Origin: Nageia nagi
Taxonomy: Eukaryota; Plantae; Pinophyta
Length of the DNA: 64,000 nucleotides
Assembly: GCA_050084985.1 (NCBI GenBank)
Contig: JBITNC010000002.1
Coordinates: forward strand, 34,720,001 to 34,784,000
Direction: 5' to 3'
Part shown: in pieces, positions 1-12,896 of the stretch
Position numbering within the stretch: position 1 is the stretch's first letter
Layout of the letters: every line of letters begins with the position of its first letter
Notes under the pieces: model-generated
Database searches by the model: none
What the model saw: the letters and a program-made list of their open reading frames with translations, nothing else
What the model was told of the DNA's origin: nothing
Program-made: the position numbers and the translations under genes

Positions 1-1241
1 TCCAACGATATTGCTATTGTTGAGGTTCACATTGATGACAAATACTGACTTGAGTTTACACCTTTAATTAAAACATCTTTAGACTCTTAGGGCAACAATG
101 TCTTTCAGAAGCTCATAATGAAAAAAGATATGGACTAACAAAGCCTGTCATGAAGCCAGAAACATCCTTCCTTGTAGTCCTGGCTAAATGATGTGTACTT
201 TGGAAGTTTGGAACAGAACAGTCCTATGCCCGGGAATATAAATTACGTTTAGTGCTTACTAATTCTGCCACCAGCAAATACATTAGAGCTCTTCAATTAT
301 GAAGTTGAATAACTTCACAGGTATTGAAACTCTAGTGCAAATGCAAGACAAGTTGCTAATAGATGCACACCTTTAATGTGAGTGAAATGAGGATTGTCAC
401 CATGGAAAAATTTGAAGATATATAAAGTAAACCAATTCTTCGATATTTATCATAGATATTTTAATACTCTTTGTTGGGTTTGTAGCAATCATAATTAGCA
501 GGTTAAGCTTGATATTCTATATTTTATGTAACATTTGAATGAGACCACCTTTAGTTAGATTCTTTTAAGTTAAAGAACTCCACATATCCACCGCATGATA
601 AATTTGAGAGTGTGTATTTTCTAGGCTTGTCTAGCACTGGTACATTTAACCAATTCAAGATAATCTACACAGGCATGGAAAGTAAATAACATCTAGAAAT
701 AGGATATAGCTCAGAAAAGATCCACCAGTTGGGAAAATCATTATAGTTTGCAACTAAACTATTGACAAATTCTAAAAGGAACTATACAATAACAAAACAA
801 GAAGGTTTAGCAATGGGTTTATATAGCCCAGTAGTTTAAACGCATTCTTCTTGCCAAATCCATTTGTATCATTGTCGTACTGAACCAACAAGACAATGAT
901 CTCTCGAAGAATCTCATGATATATTCCCCTCTAACAGGATTTCACATATCAATTGTTTTCCAAAAAGTAAACTCAAGTGATAGATGATCATCTATGAAAG
1001 ACTAGGATAAGGGAAGATTCCATGGACATAAATGGTGAAAGTTTGAACTATGGTGGTTTAGATTAGCAGTGCTGTCATAGATGCACAAAGATAAATACTT
1101 ATCAACAGGATTATTTCCCTTCAAAGAGCCAATTCACAACAGAATGAAGATCATGATAAAAATCCAAGAATTATAACCTAATCAACAACCTATAATATTG
1201 TGAAATTATTCTTTTTGAAATACTAGTGTGGAAGCGAGAGC

Positions 1242-1630
1242 ATGGAAGGAAATGGGCAGACTGGTGCAGAATGGAATGGTAGAGAATCCATGGGACCCTT
1301 GTAGAACTCTAATCCTAGGGCAGACACTGGACCCTCAGGAATAGTGATATGTCGAACTGACCCAAGAGTTCTGAGATCACATGGGCATGCTCCCCCTAAC
1401 CCAACTGCCAATGGCGGGAGATCTTGGGCGAATGTTGTTCAAGGTAGCCCGCAGCAAATATGAAAGACCCCGTGTTTTGACTTACATCTGCACCAAGGTC
1501 AGCTCCATATCCCTGTGGGTTTTCTTAGTTCTGCAATCAATAGAGGTGTGTTTGACCTAGTGGGGAAGTTTTTTGGCCAACGACCTGACTTGGAATCTCT
1601 AAGGAGATGGGTCTTCCAAAAATAGAGACC
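1242..1630 (+). mobile_element. L1-clade LINE ORF1 N-terminal remnant (start of DUF4283)
   Basis: My translation from ATG 1242 reads MEGNGQ...GGRSWANVVQGSP...FDLVGKFFGQRPDLESLRRWVFQK*RP, with three in-frame stops. The SWANVV and LVGKFFGxRP..W motifs are typical of plant L1 ORF1. Confidence 0.75.
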
Positions 1631-3085
1631 ACTCATGCTGGCACAAGGAAGTGGGATGTTCAACCTCAATGTGCTCTTTTAGCTATTTAGGAGTATTTTA
1701 TTAAATTTAGAGTAAATTTGAGAATATTGTGACCTTTTCTATGTAAAGTTCCACTTGAAGGCTCTCCAACATGGGACGTTGGACACTAGGAATCATTTAT
1801 TGTTATTTTAATTAACTTAATATTTGACATTTGTAAATGTGTGGGCCACTTAAGGATGCCAAAATAATGTTGTAATTTGTAATACCAAGGTAATTTATAT
1901 TTGTAAATGCAATATTAGTCTCCTCTAGTGAGGTGTTGCATATCTTGGCCTTGAGGAATTGTAATTTGGCATCACAAGGCATTTAGAAGCCCTCCAAATG
2001 TAATTTAGCTTGAATGCTCCACTAGAGGTAGAACATGATGATTCCAAGAAGGTGACATTGATCCGAAGCATAGAAGACTCCAAGAGGGAGACGTTGCACC
2101 TAGATGAGCAATTTGACACCATTGGATGTGATTATATGGATCCGGAGGCACCCTATGATGTGATGGACCCTACGACTTGATTATGATCATCCCAATGCAT
2201 CTTGGGGGGCGTAGGACAAGAAGGTCATTTGGGGGCTATAAAAGGAGTTTTGGACTCATTTGGGTATGCTTGATTATTTCTTCTCTCTTTTACAGTGGAC
2301 ATAGGGTGTCGACTCTCTTCCTACCCTTGTGGACGAAAGCCCACCTGGAGGTACTTGAGGTCTGGCAAAGCCTCAAGACTTAACAACTTGCTACTTTGAG
2401 GAATAACGTACCTCAAATGTCACAACTAGCTATCCAAGGGTGTTGGCATTACCTTGGATTATCTTAATACTGCTAGTGGGACCCTAGAGTCTCCTCCACA
2501 ACTATCTAGAGGTGGACTCCGTAGTGCAAACCTTGTTGCTGTTGAGGATTTTCTTATTTGAATAGTCATAAAAATCTGAGGAATCATCCCTAGGGCACAC
2601 TTGCTTTGGATATTGAGCCATGTAATTTGGTACTCATCTGCAATACTATTTGAATTACTTTTGTGGCTTCATTTCCTTGTGTTGTTGCTTGAGATCTTGA
2701 CCTAGCTAGCTTAACTTTGCATATTAAGGGTTGATTTCTGATTTTATGCACTTGCTACTGGACGTTGGGTCGTCTTTGGCTTAGACATTGGATTTGTTGA
2801 TGCTATTTCTTGTCATTCTACTATAACTGCTGGACGTTGGGTTTGCATGAAGTATTGGCATTATTTTGAGCATTATTGATGAGATTTGGTATTTCTAGCT
2901 TAGACGTTGGGTTTTGGCAATAAAAATTGCACTTGAGGTTGAACTTTGTAATTTCTGAGCATTAATAGGGCATTTTAGGTATTTGAAGTGCATGAACGGC
3001 TTAATTGAGAATTTTGGTGAACTTTAGTAATTTTTGTGAGCCCCATTTGGGTGATTCTAGATCAGCCCTAGTTCAGAATATTTCA
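1631..3085 (+). repeat. 5' LTR of Ty3/gypsy element (left boundary uncertain)
   Basis: Ends ...ATATTTCA at 3085, directly followed by the iMet PBS. TATA-like CTATAAAAG lies near 2236, and GGACGTTGG motifs recur. No partner LTR is present in the window. Confidence 0.6.
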
Positions 3086-3086
3086 G

Positions 3087-3098
3087 TGGTATCAGAGC
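3087..3098 (+). promoter_or_regulatory. Primer binding site (tRNA-iMet) of gypsy element
   Basis: TGGTATCAGAGC, complementary to the 3' end of plant initiator tRNA-Met, 1 nt after the LTR CA end. Confidence 0.9.
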
Positions 3099-3439
3099 CC
3101 AAGATCTAGCACACCTATTGGGAAAGAAGGAGAAATTTTGATTTGATCCAGAAGCGTCCAAGGCAAATACAAGTGGATCTAAGACATTATAACTCATAGA
3201 CCTGGTTCATGAACATTTGAGGAGGATCGCAGGCCTTTGGAACGTTGAGACATTTAGCATCATATTGCAGTGACGTCACCTCATCAGGGCATTTTTTAGG
3301 TCAAAACTCTACACAACGATCATGGATGCAAGGGAATATTGGGGAAGCCCCCTTCCACGACCAAACAAACCCATTATTTATTTCAAAAGATGAACATAAG
3401 CACAGGAAAGCAAGAATGTGTAACCTAGTATAGGAATAC

Positions 3440-6395
3440 TTGGATCAATCTGAAGAGGTCCAAAGGATTGTACCTTTCCAAAGTTTCTGGGAAACAACAA
3501 GGCAAGAAGCGTTGGATCACAAAAATCCACATGAAAGGATGCAGGCCCCCACGTTCAATGGGAGTGATTCAGTATTGGCAAGAGCTTGGCTCATTAATAT
3601 GCAGACGTACTTTCCCCTCTATCCCATGCCAGAAAACAGGGGGTGCAATTTGCCTCACTTTGCTTGGAGGGAAGGGCGGTTGAATGGTGGAACTATGGCC
3701 TCATTACACAAGGCCATGACAAGATCACTACATTTGATGAAAATTTCAGAGGCTATTGGACACATTTGAGTAGAAGGACACAGGGAATATCTCAAGGAAT
3801 TGATAACATTACAACAAATGTCTATGATGGAAGCTTACATCAAAGAATTCCAAAGGATAGCATGTATGGTACCAAGCGTCTACTAGGAAAGGCTTACCTT
3901 TCTCTTCATGGATGGACTACAACAATCAATTAAGGGAGTAGTGAAAGCAACTGAACCTACTATGCTGCAGGAAGCTATCCGAAAGGCATCTAAAGGAGCA
4001 AAGGTTTTCAAGAACCCTAACACTGCATGGAATTACAAAGGGTAGAGTTACAACCACACAAGCACATCCATTGTGTAGACGATGTCTACCCCATGGAATC
4101 ACTTTATAAACCGACATCAACTACATTAAGAGGAGCATCTAAATATCACACCCTTAAAATAAAAGGGAAGATAAACTGGAAATATATTACTATATTAATA
4201 GATAGCGATGCCACTCAAAACTTTATAAATCAAATTTTGGTTGAGACTTAAGGGCTCCATACCTAGAAGATAGAAATTTCAAGTAGTTGTGGGTAATGGA
4301 GAAGAGGCAACATGTGAAAGAATGGTCAAAGGTCAAAAGGTTAGTTTAGGCATGTATGACATAATAGAAGATTTCTTCGTCTTGCACATGGGGACAACCC
4401 CCCAAGTCATTTTGAGGATACAATGGTTATGCACCTTAGTTGACATCTCTACTAACTATCAAACACTTGAAATGAAATTTAGGGATCAAGGATGTCGCAT
4501 CACCTTGAGAGGAATCAAGGAACTCCAAAATGTGTCTTCTAGAAGAATGGAAAGGTTACTCAAGAAGGATGAGATCCTATGGGGAGTCAATATCCAAATA
4601 ACTAAAGGGATGCCAACATCGTCATCCAAGTCTAAAATGACCGTTTATTCCGATATACATGTATCATGAGGAAACACCGCAAAGTGTTGGGAGATATGCC
4701 AAAAGGATTACCCCCTGACTAGGGATTCCAACACTATTGAATTGGAACTCGGCTCAAAGCTCTTAATGATTGCCCCCTATTGACATCCACGCATATATAA
4801 GGACGAAATTGAGAAGACTATAAAGGAACTTCTCGAAATGGGACACAAATGCCCCAACTCTAGTCCCTTTGCCTCTTCTGTGGTGTTAGTTGAGAAGAAA
4901 GGTGGAACATTGAGGATGTGCATTAACTACTGAATAAAAGAACCATCAAAAGCAGGTATCCCATCCCAGGGTCAATGAGCTTATCGATGAACTTCATGGT
5001 GCCAAGTACTTTTCCAAAATCAATTTAAGGTTGGGCTACCACCAAATACAAGTCAAGGATGACAAAATACATAAAACAACTTTCTAGTGCCATTATGGTC
5101 ATTACAAGTTCCTAGTCATGCCATTTGGGTTAACCAACATGCCTGCCACTTTTCAAATGACCATGAATCACATTTTTTTAGAACAGTTAAGAAAGTACAT
5201 ATTGGTTTTCTTCAATGATATGCTAATATATAGTCACACTTTGGAGAACCGTTGCAAGCACCTGGATTCAATTTTAAGTATTCTACGACAACATCAATTT
5301 TACGCCAAAGAATACAAATGTGAGTTCGGGTTAACAAAAATCTTATATCTGAGGCACATAATCAATGAAGGTGGAGTACCTATAGACCCCTAGAAGATCA
5401 AAACCCTCCAAAAATGGACCATTCCCACTACACTAACCAATTTGAGAGGATTTTTAGGGCTCTACAACTATTATAGAAAATTCATCAAAGGATTTTCACA
5501 ACTAGTAGCCCCACTGACGGAAGTGACTAAGAAGAGAGCCTACGTCTGGAATGAAAAGGCCCAAAAGTCTTTCGAAACATTGAAATAAGTCATGTCCTCT
5601 ATTGGCAATACCTGATTTCTATTTACCCTTCACCGTCGAACGTGATGCATCCGAATTCAGAATAAGCATTATCCTCATGCAGAATGGTCGACCAATCGCA
5701 TTCAAAAGTCAGAAACTTAGCAAGGTGGAGAGAACTTTTGGCATATATGACAAGGAAATGCTAGCCATCATGCATGCTTTGACAAAGTTCAGAGAATATT
5801 TAGTTTGCAGACAATTTGTAGTTAAAACCGACTACAACAACTTAAGGCACTTTTTGGGGCAACGAGACTTAAGTGATAGAAAGCAACATTGGGTCACCAA
5901 ACTACAGGCATATGACTTTGACATTGAATGTGCTAAAGGGAAAAACAACATAGCATTCGATGCTCTATCAAGGACACACACATTCCATTCTATATCCATC
6001 CTAAATAAAGATTGGAAAAAGAATATTATTGCCAAATACACAAAAAACGATTTCACAAGGAAGATCTTAGATGGCCAAGTTGTCGATGAGGCTTTCATGG
6101 TCTGTGGAGAGTTGCTCTTGCATAAAAAAAAGATCTATCTCATCCCAAAATCGAGATTACAAGAAAAACTAATATCAAAGTTGCATAATGCACCTTTGAT
6201 GGGACATCTAGGATTCAACAAAACATACAAAGCAGTTAGAGAGATATTCACTTGGAAAGGATTAAAGGACGATGTGAGGAAGTATGTCAGTGAAAGTCCC
6301 ACTTGTCAAGAGAATAAAGCCGAGCACACCTTCCTGGTAGGCCTATTGCAACCCCTACCATTCCTAACCAAAAGTGGGAGAGCATCTCAATGGAA
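3440..6395 (+). mobile_element. Degenerate Ty3/gypsy (chromovirus-like) gag-pol, truncated at the start of the integrase core
   Basis: ORF fragments in order: gag (PTFNGSDS..RAW; LEGRAVEWW), protease (ILIDSDATQNFI), RT (MPFGLTNMPATFQ..VFFNDMLIY), RNase H (DASEF..YDKEMLAI..KTD) and integrase Zn finger (HNAPLMGHLG...PTCQ). It ends at ..LQPLP/PNQKWESISME. Many stops and frameshifts. Confidence 0.92.
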
Positions 6396-9300
6396 CATAG
6401 GTTGGATTGAGTGCTAGAATGAATCCATTAAGTGGACAGCCTTATTGTTACACATCCTTGGCAAAAAAGTTGTCCAATATCGAAGACAATCCCCTTCAAT
6501 TCTTAAAGACGAGCTCTCCAAAGCGTTTGTTCAATTGGAAGCTAACCTCCTTATACCTTCTCTTTAGAATCATGTTGCTCTAATCAGAAACAATCTCAAG
6601 GTGGTTGAACTCTACGAGGCTAAGAATGCTCAAATTAAGGACCATCTTCATTGGCTTAAGATTGGAGACAAGGTCACGAAGGAATTTTTCTTCGTCTATG
6701 CCCTCCCAAACACGCCACCGAATTTAAAGCAATACAAGATGTTGAAGGCTGATGTACATCCATTTCTGATATTTCAACTGCATTCTTTCAGCATTACAAA
6801 CAAATGTTTGCTACTCAGGATTTCACTTCGAAGAGAGAGCAAGCTCTTCAACAATGTTGCAATGTAGTCCCTTGCAAACTCTCCCCCTTTCAACGGGATG
6901 GCTGTGACAAACCGTTATTTGTTGATGATTTGGTAGCTACTCACAAGTAGATGGCCAATGATAAAGCCCTAGTTCTCGATGGCTATCCGTGTGAGTTTTA
7001 CAAAGCTTGTTGGGAACTTATAGGTTTTGATATGCATCATGTTTACCTAGAGGCCCTTTGTTCTGGTGCCCTTATCAACAAAGGAAACATTACATTTATC
7101 CCCAAATAGGGTGATCCTAAAATCATCACCAACTGGAGGCCCATAACTTCGTTAAACACAAGTTACAAAATCTTTGCCAATGCACTTGCTACTCAGCTTT
7201 GGCCTTTACTGCCCCTCATTGTTCATCCTAAGCAAACTGGTTTTATCAAAGGTCATTTCATATTGAACAATGTGCTAGTTGTTTGAGAAGTTATGGGGTG
7301 GGCTTGGCTCTCCCAGCACATACTCTTTTCATTAAGATTAACATTGAGAAAGCTTATGACTGCATCAACTGGGTCTTCATAATTGTCATGTTAGAGGCTT
7401 TGGGCCACATCTTGTTCAGTTTATTCGAATGTTGTTCACTGATGCATTTGTTGTTCTCTCCATGAATAACTATCAATCCAAGGAAATAGGCTTGTTCATA
7501 TCTGTTCATCAAGGCAATCCACTAGCTCCTTCCCTATATGTTCTAGCAACTGAATATTTTGGCTATCTTTTAGCCCACAAAGCCTCGTTGGGGGTTCTTA
7601 GAGGCATCTCTCTCCTGAATAGTCATAGTCAGCTCATCAATGGTCACTTCATTGATGATTCCTTCTTAATCGTGAGAAAAGAGGAACAATTTGTCAATGT
7701 TGCTTTAGAATGCCTTCAAAATTTCTACAATGCGTCTTGCTCTAGCATTCAATGGCACAAAACTTCATGCTACAGGAAGTCGCCTGTCCCAACACCTTCC
7801 TAGCTTTCCCATCATCAATGGCATTCGATTCAACCAAGAGACATATTTAAGTTTTTGGGGATTCCCTTTGCTTTTTAGGGCTCTCCTTCACAACTGCGGA
7901 GTTACATTCCTTAAAGAGTTGAAAAGAAGATAGTGTACTGGAATAATAAAAAGTTGTCTCTAGTAGACAAATTCCAAATTTACTCCAAAGTTCTCGCTTA
8001 CACACGTGTATTATTCTTCCTGTTGCGTTCCATCCCAGGCCTATTTTTCTTGTTGAAATACTCTTGCATGATTTTTTGTGGTCTTCTAACCCTACTTGCA
8101 AAGGTTTCCATCAAGTTGCCTATGCCAACTACTGCATTCCCAAGGAATTTGGGGATATGGGACTATTAGACTGCAAAAGACAAGGCTCATCCCTTTGTGC
8201 TAAGTGGATAATTATGCAGTAAAAGGGGAGGAAGCTTGAAAGGTATTAATATATCATTTTATCTCTTCATGTATTCCTCCTAATCACAAAGCTTGGAAAG
8301 GAATGGATTTTGTATCATTGGTACTCACCCAATTTTTGTCAAGATTACTAGCTCTTTTGTGATTAAAGCAACAACTTTCTTCATGGCTCATATGGAAAGG
8401 AGATAATTTTCATAAAGGTCTTTCCATTAACTCTCTCAACATGTGGTGTTCCAAAGTAGTTAACCTCCAAGGGACTCCTCTAGATTCCCTAAAATCCCTT
8501 CAAAATCTTGTTTCGGTTGAACAATGCGGATAAGGCCACACATGATGTTGTAATTGAGCTCACCCCTTCTATGCTGCATAAAATTGGGGTTCGATCTCAA
8601 AAACCTTGGTGGAAAGACTAGAGCTGGCATGTTGACACCCCTTTTCTTAACTACAAAGCTAGTCTTGGGTATACCTACTTATCTCCAGTTCTCCCCATGA
8701 TGGCTAAGCTTAATGAAAAGTTAGATTTGGTATCTAGCCATGCTTGATGGAAATTTCGATTTCTCTCCACATGGACTCCTTGTATTATACCCAAGCAATC
8801 ATTTTTTGCTTGGAGATTATTGAATCAAGGTCTCCCTATGGGTTTCAAACTTAGCCACTTAGGTATCTCAGACTCACAATGTGCTTTCTGTCAAGAACCT
8901 TAATCATGTTTTCTGGTTCTACAATAGAGCTAAAGAGGCCTAGTAATGAGTCACCTCTTTTTTTTCCCCCTTTATGCTAGTTCCTTTTTCTTGGGTTCAT
9001 GCTCTTTTAGGGGATGGCTTTACTATTTCTCTTCCTCTTATGGAGATCTAGCAAATTTTCAAAGTTAGTTTGCTCTTCCATATATGGAAAGCACAAAACA
9101 AAATTTTATTTAAATAGTTAGACCCTTGTACTATTTTTTCTCTTGTTGACAAGATAGAAGTATATCTTGATGTATGGTTACAAATTAGTGTACAAGCAGA
9201 CAAGGTGGCCATGGAGTTAGATCATCTATGTATGTTGTTGGACTTTTGGGGCAATACCCCTTGTACCATCAACTACATCCCTCTAGACAACTCTTCTCAG

Positions 9301-9815
9301 GAGTTCTCTCAATTGTGCTCGCACCGTCACATGTGCATTCTCATACCATTATCCACCATTGATCCTAGCCTTCCCCAATTCAATAGGGCTTTAATGATCC
9401 AAGTGCAAGCACTCTCCCACTACCTAGTGGCTAGGATGATCCTCCTATCACTCATGGATATGAGGTGGCATGGGGGAAAAGCAAATCCCTCACAATTAAT
9501 GCGGATGGATGGTCTCCTCGTCTGCACCACTCACCTCCCACACATGGATGGGGCAATGTGGACATGGACGCCAGTACTACTCAATGCCAAAATCATAGCT
9601 AGCACCTGCAGCCAATCCCCTCTAATCAATGGCATTGCATGCAAGAGAGTAATGTGTCTTGCCCTAGCTCCTCCACCCATAATGATAATTGGTTTTTGGT
9701 GTTAACTCTCATGGTCATTGTTTTTTGGATTTTGTAATGCTTGCAGCAACTCTCAAAATGGAATTTCACCAACGCTCCTAAATCGTGTTTAGGGTATATA
9801 TATATCTTAATATTA
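6396..9815 (+). mobile_element. Degenerate L1-clade LINE ORF2 (RT + zf-RVT) and 3' region; endonuclease missing
   Basis: Motifs MANDKA..DGYPCEFYKACWE, NKGNITFIPK, NWRPIT.LN, QTGFIKG, KINIEKAYD, QGNPLAP, HFIDD, FKFLGIP and a C-terminal W..L..GLP..CAFC..HVFW. AT-rich 3' end near 9800; no clear TSD. Confidence 0.88.
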
Positions 9816-10267
9816 TCAAGGAACACATCCCCCCTTTTTTTTCCTCATTTCCTCGTCCCTCACGTCCCCAAGACGCCCCAGTCAACGTTTCCCCACCATC
9901 CTCTCTTTAGGGTGTATGAAGGAGACATCACCGGGATGATTTCCCAAGCCCTGGGGATGTTTCCTTTAAATTTTCAAATGGGGACAGCTAGGGACTCGTC
10001 CCCCAGTTTGTGACAATCTTTTCAAATTGAGTCACCGTCCCTTGTCATGAAGGTTTTCGGGCCAAGAGTGTATTACTCTATCCTATTTTTCTTCTTATTT
10101 TTCCATTGTAGTTGAAACATATGAGCCCACCATTTGCAATATCTACAATACGAGGATAAGTTATTTGGTTAATATATAATATGTAGCTATTTGTATTCAT
10201 GCATTTTGGTATTGTAATCAAAATGCCCAAACAATAATACCAAAGGGTGATTTATTACATGGAAGAA

Positions 10268-10482
10268 GGCAAGCACCCTCTAGGTATGTGTATTGTTTCC
10301 ATTATGAACAAATAGCTAAAATTCACACATATATCAATCATTGGATGAAAAAAGTCCAGCATCCTCTAAGTATGTGATAAATTATATCAATCATCTGATG
10401 AAAAATAGCAAGCATCATCCAGTTATGTGTAATGTTACCTTTCCATTATGAACAAATAGCTAAGGTTTTCATATATATATCT
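10268..10482. repeat. Imperfect mosaic tandem repeat
   Basis: Three copies of AGCAYCMTCYARKTATGTG, two exact TTTCCATTATGAACAAATAGCTAA and two TATATCAATCAT..GATGAAAAA blocks. Confidence 0.7.
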
Positions 10483-11129
10483 CAGCGTTGCTGGTGGTTG
10501 GTTACACAACTCTAAGAATTCTAGGTATAAAGGGAGAAACTGCAATTTTTACCTGTGGGAGGTTTGGCAGCCATATAGTATACCCCAAATAGTTAAGGTG
10601 TCACCATCCAGACAAAAGCTTTTTGGCTTATTATTTGAGTACTGCCAATATTTACTACCAACTTTCTATACAAAAGTCATTGTTTTGTCATGAATATAAT
10701 TCAAAGTGGTAAATAACATTTAGCCAATATGCAGGCAATGGAAACTTACAAGACGACGGACATCCTCATCCAATGTTTCAACTATTGTTTGCCAGCAAAA
10801 AAACCATGACCAAGTGGACTGTATGGGACAATCCCTATACCCAACTCTCTGCAGAATAATAAAAAAATGAGTTAAGGGTGTAAAATTTAAAAGGACCACA
10901 TAAAGACCATAGAGGTCAACACAGGAAGATATTCACTCTATCAATTCACAATTTCACATTATTATATCACTCTATTACCTCTTTCGGTGTCCTAACCAAT
11001 ACGTTGTGGATAATTCTTCATTTCAAACAACCTCGTAAAAGAGCTTAAAAACTTGAGCACAAACAATCAAAGTGATATCAAAACAAACAAAAAAAACAAC
11101 AAATACAAATATGCTTCTACTGTTCAACT

Positions 11130-11650
11130 TCTGAGATGATTCAATTTTGAAACTAAGTGCATAACTGGTCAACAAATAGTATTTATTAATTGAATCTAAG
11201 GATGGAAAGGAAATACCAGAGTGGAAATAAAAAGAGTGGTACAAATGTCCAACTGTTAAAATTGTATCAATAACTGTTAAAGCTTCCGAATTAATGGAAG
11301 ATCCATATTTCTTCAAATTTGGATTTTCGTTTTTAAAAAATTTCTTCATAGACATACATTGATCAGCTATAGAAAATTGAAAACCAGAAGGGGTATTTGT
11401 ATATCTTGTAATCTTCCCACTCATAATGATTTTCCATTGAGAATTTAGGCAGTTTGGTGGATCATCTTAGACAATAATTAAGACCTCAATTTTTTCTCTA
11501 GTCACCATTACCCCAATAGCTATTGCAAAACTGTTGGAACAAAAACATAGAGCCTTCAATTAATATGAGAAGGTACAGAGACCACTACGCAATGAATCAT
11601 TTAATGGATTGGACCTGATGGAGTACCATTAATACAAATTCTTGAAGAGG
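11130..11650 (-). mobile_element. Old LINE ORF2 fragment in AKR intron 3
   Basis: Minus-strand translation gives SSRICINGTPSG (RT region) and GKITRY..P.GF....ALTVIDTILTVGHLYHS..SLDSINKYYLL. This parallels the post-RT region of the L1 ORF2 at ~7850-8100. Confidence 0.6.
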
Positions 11651-12182
11651 AATTTGAAGAAAACTGTATTTTACTGGGCCAGTATAAAACCTTTCCATCT
11701 AGCTCAAATACTAGTCACTACCTAACAATTGGACCAAGTGTATCAGTTGATATCTTAAGTTTTTGGGCCCTGTGACGCAAAAAAAACAGTTGTATCATTG
11801 TTCATGCATTTATCTTTGGTGTCAGTATGCCACTGTCTCCTTGACAAATAAGCTTACATTCTCATTGAATTCCTCAGACAGAGCATCTCATCTGCTATGT
11901 GTCACCATACTATACTTCACCAGTAGAAGAAAAAGAGTATGAAAGATTGAGTCACAACTTGCAATTCAGATAAGTAATCATTTCAATTAGTTTTTCTATG
12001 ATCCTCTTCATGTCCTGATACGTTCATATCCTTTCCTTTCCATGTTCATTTCCTCACAAAGGCTTGCTTCAGCAATTTATTTGTCTCTATTGATGCTGCA
12101 AATAACCACTCAACATTTTGTCAACGCTCTTTTATTTAATTTATGACTATTTTCATATGTACAAATGCAAATATGCACTTAT

Positions 12183-12817
12183 TGTTAGAAAAATGGAGAC
12201 TAAGACAGAACCAGCCAGACAGAACCGGCCAGCCAGCCAACCGGCTAAGATGCCAGTAAATCTGAAGGATAGTTTTGTTTATAAAGCCAACTGGTCTGCA
12301 GGGCAGTTTCTTTCTCATTTCAAACCAATTTTCAGTTGCCAAGGAGCCATGACACCTGTTCAGCAGTTGTAGAAGGGTTGGGGGTTACCTAACGACCTTC
12401 CTGATCCAACTTGGGTTTAAGTTGGGTTAGTTTGTACCTATAAATAAGAGGCTTGAGTTGAGGCATGCATGTAGTTGGAATATGTGTGTATGACTGTAAT
12501 TTGACAGCATTTGTGAGGTTGATTGTAATTGTTGAGAGAGAGATTGTAGTGAGGCTTTGTTGTAACTCCAAAGTGAAGGTTGTAGCAAGGTTATGCTGCT
12601 GGTGTATTGCTTGGAGGACTTGAATGCAAAAGAGTTGAAAGCTTCTCCGTTGATGTAGCCTACACTGGGTGAACCACGTTATCTCTTGTGTCTCTCTTGT
12701 GTGATTGATGTTTATGGATGTTTATTTTCAGTAGTATGCTTAATGTTGTTTCTTCTTTGCCAAAGACAATCTAAATTGTGAATGCTCTTGGTTATATGAA
12801 CTCTTTAAATCCTAACA
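12183..12817 (+). repeat. Copia 5' LTR
   Basis: TG...CA termini, CTATAAATA box at ~12438, direct repeat of 16820-17454. Confidence 0.98.
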
Positions 12818-12819
12818 AT

Positions 12820-12831
12820 TGGTATCAGAGC
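12820..12831 (+). promoter_or_regulatory. Copia PBS (tRNA-iMet)
   Basis: TGGTATCAGAGC 2 nt after the 5' LTR. Confidence 0.95.
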
Positions 12832-12896
12832 GTGTTGTTGTGTTGGGATTTTGTTGGTGAATCTTGTGTGTAGATTGGAAACCAAGGAAGAGCACT

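Noticed and set aside
9205-9705. 166-aa ORF as an independent gene
   Set aside because: It lies in the LINE 3' region, starts at a non-ATG codon and has no recognisable domain.
11023-11424. 133-aa orphan ORF, initially considered viral or novel
   Set aside because: It matches the motif pattern of the post-RT region of L1 ORF2, so it is a decayed LINE fragment.
12118-12571. Short ORFs repeated at 16641-17208
   Set aside because: These are incidental frames within the duplicated LTRs.
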